From assembly GCA_951406725.2 (NCBI GenBank), contig OX597815.1:103540001-103604000 (forward strand): a stretch of DNA of 64,000 bases. Direction: 5' to 3'. This DNA comes from Octopus vulgaris. Its lineage: Eukaryota. A program made the position numbers and the translations under genes. The notes beneath the pieces were generated by a model. It was not told the DNA's origin, did not search any database, and worked only from the letters and a program-made list of their open reading frames with translations. Shown piece by piece: positions 53,543 to 64,000 of the stretch (within the stretch, counting starts at the first letter, position 1; each line of letters starts with the position of its first letter).

Positions 53543-53639
53543 ATGTGGAAGAGAACAGGACTAAAGCGTACCGCGCTATTTTACCGGACTTTTACGATTT
53601 CGATCCTGAGTCTAGCCGTTCTCTTTTTGGATTTAGCAG
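53543..53639 (+). CDS. Probable first coding exon of a secreted or membrane protein (signal peptide MWKRTGLKRTALFYRTFTISILSLAVLFLDLA-G)
   Basis: AAAATG start context; basic n-region followed by a hydrophobic h-region; consensus donor CAG|GTAAGT in phase 1; upstream TTTCAG|TT at 53511-53518; unique sequence amid repeats. Downstream exons were not identified. Confidence 0.65.
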
Positions 53640-54326
53640 GTAAGTGAATCCCACTTCCTTCTCTACCTTTCTTGTTATTTAATTTTTTTTTTTTTTGCTA
53701 CTTTCCAACATCCTCAGGGAATACGATGTGACACAGTATCGGTAGACTGACGGATAAGATGTTTTGTGTTGTTAACTTAACTGCGATTATGCCGCGTGTT
53801 CTAATCTCACCCAGGTCACCTTTTTCTATCTAAATGTTTGAATGTGTCAAAATATAGTACCTGTCACAACAGTTACCTCCCATCAAATGGTAGAATCGTT
53901 GGAGCGCCAGACAAAATACATTGTGCTATTTCTTCCGCTTCTCTATATTCTTATTTCACATACTTCCGTATTGAACTTATACCTTCATACCCTCAAGGGC
54001 AGTAAATTAAGACACCGGTACCAGTGATGCCAGAGAAATATTGATGACTAATATAATCGACTAACACCCTTCTCCCACAAGCTCTTGCTTTATGCTTATG
54101 TTAGAAAACGTGGTTACTGTAATCACTGATATTGTCCACTTTGTCTTTCAATCTCCTATGGTGTCAATAAAGTTAAGTAACAATCAAGTATCGGTTTCGA
54201 TTACGTCAAAAAAAATCCCCCATCCCTCGTCTATCATAAAAGTATGATATTCTGGAAATACTTTTCATATAAATGCAAAAAAGGAAAAAGAATTCGGTGC
54301 GAATACATACATATATATATATATGT

Positions 54327-54368
<42 letters not shown>

Positions 54369-54503
54369 CACACATATATATATATATGTATGAATGTATA
54401 TATATATATATGTATATATATATACATATGTATTGATAGAAATGGCAAGACAATAAAAAATGAAAGAATCATCGATATTATGTAAATAGATTATATTTAC
54501 AGA

Positions 54504-54608
<105 letters not shown>

Positions 54609-54905
54609 TGTGTGTGTATGTATGTATATAGTGCCTGTATACAGGTAAAACTATCTACGTATGTGAGTGTGTGTGTGTGCGTGTGTCCGCGCGTGTATTT
54701 GTATGTGTGTGCGTGTGCATTCTTTTATTTGCTGGTATTACTATAGAAGTGACTCAACGACCAGGTGTTTCGTACTACGGTTTGTGGCAAGATAAGCTTG
54801 TAAGTGTGTGTTAGAGTATGTATGTGTGTATGTGTGTGAGTATATATATATATATATATTAATACACACACACACACATATATATATATATGCATATATG
54901 TATAA

Positions 54906-54950
<45 letters not shown>

Positions 54951-55289
54951 TGTATATATATATATACATTTTTTTTCATATTGTTTCTAAAGATGCTTTA
55001 GTATTTTCGTCTAAGTTATTTAACTTTTGGCAACCTCTTGTGGCATGTACGGAGAACATAATCATCATCATCGTCATCATCATCATCATCATTATCTTCT
55101 TCTTCTTCTTCTTCTTCTTCTTCTTCTTCTTCTTCTTCTTCTTCTTCTTCTTCTTCTTCTTCTTCTTCTTCATCATCTTCATCATCATCATCATCTTCTT
55201 CTTCTTCTTCTTCATCGATATCATAATTCTTAATTATTTAATTGAATGCATTTAGTATGAATTGTTAGATATTTCTTTGTTATAAAAGA

Positions 55290-56670
55290 GTTATTCAGCT
55301 CCTCGTGTTCTGAGTTCAAATCCTCCCGAGATAAGTTTTCGTACTTTCTCCACTTCATGGCTCATAAAATAAAGTATTAGTTATGTGTGTGGTCGTTTTT
55401 ATCGACAGCACTTCTCTCCTCAAAAGTGATTGTTTCGTGTCTAAATATGAAACCATTATTTTAAAAGCCCTTATTTGGCTCTTTACCTTTCTGAGTGCAT
55501 ATACTATCATCCTGTTTTCATTCCGTGATCGATAAAATAAAGTACAATTCAAGAAGAAAAGATGTGTTAATTGACTAGACCATCAAACTACCAAACTTTT
55601 GTGACCTTGTTCATATTTCACAAGCATTTATATAAAAGTCTGCTAGGTTCCTTACCATCAGTACGCAACCTTCACCGATGTCAACTTTGCATTTCCCTCA
55701 AATTTGAAGTCAAATTTAATCGACGACCATATTCCTAGCTAAGTTTTGGTTTTGCACCTATGTTGGAAACAATAAGTTTCAAATCTTTGTTGGCTATTTA
55801 AGGTTTGAGTTCGAATATCTCCGATGTCGACTTTGATTATTCATCCCTCTGGGAGCCAAAAAAAAAAAATAGAGGCATCGATTTAATTGATTCATCCCCG
55901 CTCGAAAATCTGTGACCCATTTCATATGCTAGAAATTATATAGTCAAAAGGGCTGTGGAATGTATAATCCATAGACCATTCTTTTATTATTTTATTTGTT
56001 TCAGTCATTTGACTACGGGGTAAGAAATATGATTAAATCCCGCCGGAGTTCATATTGCCTTTCTCGTTTCAGGATCGACAATATAAAGTACCAGTACAAT
56101 ATATTATTCTATTCTAACTCTCTTTCAAAAGTTTGTGGGTCTTCTAGGTATTACTGAATATTTTTAAAAATAAAGCGTGCGATAAATTACTATGTGGCTT
56201 TTAGATACCATTCTTTGGGTTCTTCATTCAAATCTAGTCAACTTTCTTCCTCTGGAGTCGTTATTATAATTACTAGGATACAATAATTATTATCATTTAT
56301 TTAGAAACTAATAATTCCACACATAGGTACATCGTTGCAAACTTTAAAGTAGGTAGAAGGAACAGCAAAAGGACCCCCCAAATTACGTAATACACTAAGA
56401 AATAAATTAGTTTCAGAAATTGAATAAAGTAGCAGTTAGTACTGGCGTTGATTTCATCGATTGTTTCCTCACCATCAAAATGTACGATCATGTGCCCGTC
56501 AACGATTCAATTTTGTGGCTTTTTGCGTACTCAGTTTAAATCTTGTCGAGGTCGACTTTGTTTCCGTCATGCAAGAATCGAAGAATGAAATACAAGTGAA
56601 GTACCAGAACGATATAATCGATTGTGGCCCTCTCAGATTTGAGGCCTTATGCTTAAGTAGAAATCGTTAA
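55290..56670 (+). mobile_element. Head-to-tail array of about seven decayed family-3 SINE units
   Basis: Recurrent GAGTTC(A/G)AAT..CCGA..GTC(A/G)ACTTTG..GATAAAATAAAGTAC..TAATCGA segments, roughly every 170-230 bp, all on the + strand. Confidence 0.65.
56111..56241 (+). repeat. About 130-150-bp direct duplication (second copy 57859-58009)
   Basis: ATTCTAACTCTCTTTCAAAAGTTTGTGGGTCTTCT..GCGTGCGATAAATTACTATGTGGC..TTCTTCATTCAAATCTAGTCAA occurs at both sites. Confidence 0.9.
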
Positions 56671-57068
56671 TATATTTATTTCGTCGTTGCACTTTCTTCA
56701 ACGACAAGACCATTTGGAACAAGTAAATGTAAACATTTACATTACGTGCAAGGGTCCGGGAACACAGGGTTCAGTGGATGCAATTGCACCTCCTAAAATT
56801 TAGTGGAGGTGCAAAACTCAATATTGTAACCTCTATTTACCTTTGTCAGACTTAGAAAATAGTGTTTAAAAACTGATCTGTAAAAGTTGCCTGAAGTTAA
56901 GTTTCTTTACAAAATAAAAACAATGAACAAAACCAAATAAAAAGAACAACCCACCCACACTTCCAAATTCCCAGAAAGATGTATTACTGAACTAAAGCTT
57001 CCTCGACATTAAAATGATACATATAATGTGTGTGTGTGTGTGTGTATGTGTGTGTGTGTGCGTGTGCG

Positions 57069-57100
<32 letters not shown>

Positions 57101-57756
57101 CGTGTGTGCGTGTGTGCATGTGTATAAACAACAACCAAGGCTACTTCTCAGTACTAGCGCAATTGATGAACAATTAAAGTCCATAGTCAAGGACCTTTCA
57201 CAGTTCGTCTATCCACTTCCTACAACCCTTACTACATGGCAACAGTTGTGTGTATAACTGAACGTGTGTGTGTGTTACTGTAATGATTGTAGCCGAAGTC
57301 AAACATTTTTATTAGGGTTTTCTTCAGAGAAAAAACCCCAACAACTTCTTTATGCATGAATTGAATCAAAAAGTCAATGAAGAGAGAGAACAAATACACA
57401 AGATTGATGAGAGTGGGGAATTCAGTGTAGTGGTCTTGGGCGAGATTTAAAGACGGGGGAGGGCATATATATGATCATATAGCTTGTCACGATTTCAGTG
57501 AACTATGTTACCCCTGGCTACACTTATGCATTTTTGGGACATCATATTTCGGCTATGTCTATAAAGATGATGTAAAAGATCCATGATAGAATAGTATACA
57601 CTGATACAAATATACAAATAAACATACATAGACATAGACGTATGCAGGCGCACACTCATACACACACACGTATATTCACATGCATAATATACGGTGTACA
57701 CATATAATCCGTATGTTTATAATATATATATATACATATACATATATATATATAAA

Positions 57757-57806
<50 letters not shown>

Positions 57807-58270
57807 CATACATATACATTATATATGTGCATACATAAATTTATATATATACATATACATTCTAACTCTCTTTCAAAAGTTTGTGGGTCTTCTGAGTATT
57901 ACTGAATATTTTTTTTTTAAATAAATCGGTGGCATCGATAGAGCGTGCGATAAATTACTATGTGGCATCTAGATACCATTCTTTAGGTTCTTCATTCAAA
58001 TCTAGTCAATGTGTATATGTATATTTTTGCATACACACACACATACACACATATATATACATATATACATGCATGCATACATATATATTAATATTTATGG
58101 AGAGAGAAATACACAATATATAAGAATATATATATTACTGATAAATGTGCATATATATATATATATATTTATATATATAATATATATATATTCGTAAGTA
58201 CTGTGTCCGTTTGTCAGTCTCTCTCTTTCTCTCTCTCTATATATATATCTATTTATATATATATGTATAC

Positions 58271-58308
<38 letters not shown>

Positions 58309-58385
58309 GAATACAAATTTATACATATGTGTATGTTTGTATATTCGTATGTATGTACGTATGTATGTATATGCATATATATTTC

Positions 58386-58424
<39 letters not shown>

Positions 58425-59282
58425 GTACTCACAGATACGTAGATACGTATGTAACGTTTCTTTATATACATCATATTTTATATTATTTCCTCCTTTTGCT
58501 TTGGTGAATTTAATCGTTGGCGTGTACTCTTGTTGTGCAATATATTCAAAACCAATATTTCTCTTATTGTTTGCATGTTATACTCATTCCATTATATTCA
58601 CCGTTTTATAACATACCATCTGAATTTTCCTTTAGGTCACCATAAATTTTGTATAGGTAGTCTTATTGGTAGGGATGGGAGAAAGCCCTATAGCTATATC
58701 GATACATTTATTTATTTACGACCGCTTCAGTTGCGATTTTAAATCCCGCCATGGCTGACGTTGCCTTCCATTTTTTCTTGCGCGATTCGATGAAATATCC
58801 TGTCATTTGAATTGTGGGGTTTCATGGGGATTCGATGTCAGACGATGTACCTTTAGTTAAAGCTACTTTTATTAAAATGCTGGGGGGAGAGAAAAATCGG
58901 TAGAACGCCGAATAAAATGCGACTAAGCTAAAATCCCACTAGGGCCATGACAAAATCAAAACAGCAAATTTTCTATTGTGAAATGTATGGTCTTATGTCT
59001 AAGCTATAATTGTAGAATTAACGATCTACTAATCCAGTCTCATGTCTCCGTAATTTTTATCACTCAAATTCCTTTTTGCGAATCAAGGAATCGCTACTTT
59101 TACTATGGTAGTATCATTTCATATATATCGTTACGTAGTGTTTGAATACATATATCTATCTGCCCATCTATATTACGATTATCTATCCGTCTAAATTACA
59201 CACACACAATTACACCACACACACACACACATGTAAACCCTACACATATACATGTATATATATGTATGATATGTGTGTATGC

Positions 59283-59323
<41 letters not shown>

Positions 59324-62109
59324 CACACACACATATATATATACACACACCCAGGTATGTACACCCTACACATATATATGTATATATATGTATGTATGTA
59401 TGTATATGTGTTTATGCACGTATATATATAAGTTTATATATATACATACATGCACATACATACATATATATATATATATACATACACAAACACACACAGA
59501 CACACAGACACACACACACAACATACACACAGACACACAGATATATAAATACTCTTTGCGTTCAAATCCGCTTGAGATTAACTGTTTATCATACTTTAGA
59601 ACTGGATAAACAAATAGGAGTTCAGATGAATTGCTCTCTCTCATTCTGAATTGTACTTCTAATTCAATAGCACACCATTTTATCTCATCCATGTGTCTGT
59701 GAATTACTCACTCTTTTTGCACGTTAATTACATACGTAGGAATTTAGTTGTTCGAAGATTTGGCTGTTCGTCGTCAAAAACATCGGAGAATACGCTATAT
59801 GTATCCGTGTGCACTAGAAGCAGACATGTTCACGTAGGAAACCTGATGAAGCTGCTGTAGTTATTTTTTAGTCCCAGATCATCCTTGAGCGAGTAGAGCT
59901 ATAATTGAATGTGTTCCTCGTTCCGAGGACTACAGTTTCTACCGATTTCTTTTATGAATATAGTACAGAGAAGGGTAAGGAAAATTTGGCTGCCATATCT
60001 AGCAAGTCATACGATAACTTTAAGGATCCCTCGTTGGCTGTGGCGTTGATGCTGTAGATGCAAAGGGGTACTGGCCTAGCAACTCAACGGCAGCTGAATA
60101 AAACGCAGACTCATCTAATTTCTAGTCATCCGCATGCCAGTGATAGTGACCGGTTCTATGTTTTATCACATTTGAAGCATATTGTGAGGGTTGTGTGTAA
60201 TAAATAAATAAATGAATAACAATAACCTAGGTATCAAAGTGAAATGACTTTCCCTTTGAAATAAGCCTCATGTCTTCTATGTAGGAGAAAAACCACCCCA
60301 TCATATTTTTTATCACCAGTAGCACCAGCATCACTTCCATCGTCGTCAACGTTATCGTCATTATCATTACTATCGCCGTCGTCATTGTCACCATTGTAGA
60401 CGTTGTCCTCGTTGTCGTCATCATCTTCATCACCATCATCATCATCATCATAACCATCATCATCATCATCATCATCATCATCTTCATCATCATCGTCATT
60501 ATCATTATTTTTATAACATTTGTCTGAGTTATATATTGCAGACTAGTCGATGGATGATATAGTTTCACTATAAATTTAAGCCCCTCTGCAAAGTTAATAA
60601 TCAAGATTATTTTCAGTATTATTATCATCACTATTAATTCAAGAGAGGTGGATTAATAGAATCTGCAGATTCATTACTCTCTATTTACATCATTTTAAAT
60701 TCTTATTTAAAATCCAACTAGATTTGACTGGCTTTAATGTATGGAATGAAAACAAATTTTATACCAGTCATATATTAGACTTTATTGATTCAATCTCGAA
60801 TCTGTTCTTTTACTTCAATTTGACGGCTACCTTCCAGTGTAATGATCCATTATCTTTATACTAATCGTATACTTTTACGTGTCATGTTCTACACGAAATC
60901 TAATCCCTGAAACACTTTTCGATTACAGCTTAGACTATATCCATCCTTACTGGATATACGTTGCGCAATGTCTGAATAATACACATGAACAATCTGCTAA
61001 GAGTAATAAAAGTTTACGACGATCATTAAATATCTAAGGTTGCCGGCGACTATATTTATGGAGTAGTGCTCATCTATTCCAATCTTTTGACAATTTCGTA
61101 TATGGGTCTTATGCTTTAACTAAAATCTATTTCATTTCATTTTATTGTCGTCGTATTTTTTCAAATACCACAATCCATCCGACTGTAAATATGACACATG
61201 TGGTGTGTACGACTCATTACTGTAAATTATAATACACCTGTAATTTAATAAATATTTCATTAGTTTATAGTAGTGTGTTGAAGGTGCCCTTTGGACCAGA
61301 TTAATAGACTTTCTGAAATACACTTCTTATCATCTGATGGAATCTGGAAAGTAACGAATGTTCAAGCTATCACTTTACCCACATTAACCAGAAAGTTTAA
61401 AGAGATTGAAAATAGCAGCAACAACAACACAAATATCACAAGATTAATTCAGATTACATTAGTTAGCAACAACAACTTAGAAGAAATAGAGAGTGAAATC
61501 CCCCTTTATGTACATTTACACCATCATAAAACAGCAGAAGCCACTGGATAAATCAATCCTCGATATGTTATATCGAAAGGAGGAACGGCGCTAAATTCGG
61601 ATATATTTGGTCACAGGAGAAACAATTACAGTAGTAACACTAATAACCACAACAAATCTGAAGCTTGTAAAAGATAATTATTTCGACAATAATATATAGT
61701 ATGACCATTGGAATATTTCCTTTCGAAAAAACGAATGCTATTACACATAGCACATCATTACATTTACCTAGCTGTCACTACATATATTAGCAATGATTGA
61801 TTTGTATGAATCGGTGTCAAGATGTAAACTCAGGGGCGTTCGATTCAGTTTTAGCTAGTTGCCTGTGGGGCAAGATATAGCTTTCTTAAAATATATTCCC
61901 CTTTCCTGAAGTTTTGTGTTGAAGAAAGCAGTTTCATAGCTACATGTATACATATGTGCATGCACGCATTTCTCTATCTATCTATCTATCGATCTATCGA
62001 TCGATCGATGTATACACACAGTCACACACACACACACAAACACACACACATTCACACTTACACACACACACACACGCACACACACGCACATACACACATA
62101 TAACAATTC

Positions 62110-62475
62110 AAGAAGTATGAGAGGTGAAAATATTTATTCGACCACTTGATATCCACAGGATGATGCCCGTTTCGCAGCCTTCATCGTATAATGATAATTT
62201 CAGTGTATGATATATTATTTTACATGTTGCCGCCAGTATGCGTGGAAAGTTGAAGCATACGTGTATCCATTTGTTCTTTTGATCTGAAGAGCTAGCCTTT
62301 ATATCTGCATTGATTTGTAATTGTGCAATAGTACGGTGCAATGTGTAGATGCCTAATGGTGGAGACATGTAAAATAAAATTATTATACACTGAAAGTATT
62401 GTCATATGATGAAGTCTGCGAAACAGCCATCATCCTAAGTGATTGAATAAATATATTTCCCTGCCATACCTCCTA
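62110..62475. mobile_element. MITE/foldback-like element with about 120-bp imperfect inverted arms
   Basis: 62110-62236 matches the reverse complement of 62357-62475 (ACATGTAAAATAA..ATACACTGAAA..GATGAAG.CTGCGAAAC...CATCATCCT..GAATAAATAT). Confidence 0.7.
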
Positions 62476-63404
62476 ACATTTTATGATCTATATACACCCC
62501 ATGAAATAATTTCACAGATTGGATCTTCTGGATTTCAAATGCATAGAACTCTACATCAAACTCCTACGTACGGATACTACGTGGTTCATCAGAGGAGCTT
62601 TCTGTGACTGTCACAGAATTCTATGAATCCACAACAAATTTAGTGTATGTGTGTGAATATGTGTATGCGTGTATCTGTGTGTATTCGTGTACGTGAGCGT
62701 GCGCTTGCATCTGTAAGTAATCTATGAATAAATGACAGATCAATGAAGTTACTCAGATCAATGTCGAAAGTACCTTCTGCAATTGATTAAACTCTATATA
62801 TATCTTGGAGTGAGGAAAACATTGACTCAACTTTGGCAATATAAGTTTTAAAATATACGACTTTCAGAAGGAACGTCAATCAACAGATCACATGTCATCC
62901 AATGTTTGGCATAACCTTAGATACGTACAACACACACAAACAGATACCTGCGCGCACAAATACACACACACACACGCACACACACAAACAAGCACACACG
63001 CATAGGTGCTCGCCACTCAACCAGCCACCCCATTATATGTTAGCGTGTGTGTGTGTGTGGTGTGTGTGTTTATTTGTGTGTGTATGTGGTGTGTGTGTAT
63101 TAGTATGTGCGTGCGTCTGACTGCGTGTGTGTGAGTGTGTGTGTGCGCGCGCATGCACGGAAATTTTTTATGCCAAGTTTAAGCTATGTGTATGGCATCG
63201 CTATAATTGAATACGGTGCAAGGAATAAACTATATCGTAAACTAAGGAGACATCAAAAGTATCTGAAGAGAAAACGTAAAATAAGTACTTTCTTCGTGGT
63301 TTAGCTTTTCATATTGGATCATACTGAGAAATGAGTAGACGGAATTATGCATATAACTAGAAAGGCAGTACCAGGAATGTTGGTAGCATAGATATATGGA
63401 GGGC

Positions 63405-63438
<34 letters not shown>

Positions 63439-63536
63439 AGAGAGAGAGAGAGGGGGGTGAGAAAGAGCGTGAAGAGGTGAAAGGGTGAAGAAACAAGGAG
63501 AGGAAAATAGTTACCTCGCTAACCTGATATACACAC

Positions 63537-63582
<46 letters not shown>

Positions 63583-63810
63583 TTATATTGGAGAGAGATA
63601 GACGAAAAAGACACAAACAGACAGACTGACAGATAAAGAGAGAGAGGGAGAGAAATAGATTTAATGTATGAAATAGCTTTTTTAATACTATATAACTTAC
63701 ACAGCTATATAACATTTTTGACTGCAACACAACATATTCACAATATATATGAGTGTGCGTATGTATCTAAATGTATGTATGTATGTATGTATATATATAT
63801 ATATATATAT

Positions 63811-63975
63811 GCAGGCGTGGCTGAGTGATAAGAAGCTTGCTTCCCAGTCACATAGTGTTCCGGGTTCAGGCCCACTTGATTAGTGTCTTCTGCAATATCC
63901 TCGGGCCGACCAAAGCCATGTGAGTGGATTTGTCAGACGGAAACTGAGAGAAACCCATCGTATATATATATATGT
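63811..63975 (+). mobile_element. tRNA-derived SINE (family 4), 5' part
   Basis: GGCGTGGCTGAGTGATAAGAAGCTTGCTTCCC..GTTCCGGGTTCAGGCCCAC..GTGAGTGGATTTGTCAGACGGAAACTG followed by (TA)n. Confidence 0.8.
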
Positions 63976-64000
63976 ATATATATATATTTGGGGTGGGGGT

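Noticed and set aside
59843-59860. CTGATGA hammerhead core
   Set aside because: No stem II or downstream GAAA follows.
61291-61551. 86-aa ORF as the next exon of the signal-peptide gene
   Set aside because: No phase-1-compatible acceptor keeps this frame open, there is no clear donor, and no domain is recognisable.

Overview
Eukaryotic, AT-rich, microsatellite-saturated DNA made mostly of decayed transposable elements. The SINE, Dong/R4, Penelope and microsatellite mix suggests a coleoid cephalopod, probably Octopus; this is inference, not tested. Elements seen: three Dong/R4-clade (RLE) LINE relics; a 556-bp non-coding element inside a (TAA)n tract; two full-length copies of one mariner family plus a third, unrelated mariner; Tc1, maT-like, pogo/Tigger, hAT (Buster/Charlie) and Chapaev3-like relics; a near-complete Naiad-type Penelope-like element (PLE) with an inverted terminal repeat; and several tRNA-derived SINE families, some in head-to-tail arrays. 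The only convincing host-gene signal is a signal-peptide-like coding exon at 53543-53639. The most notable unexplained patterns are four short elements carrying minimal, variant hammerhead-ribozyme-like motifs, the TAA-embedded element, and several long inverted repeats able to form dsRNA. Most ORF-track entries are microsatellite artefacts. No databases were searched, and boundaries of decayed elements are approximate.
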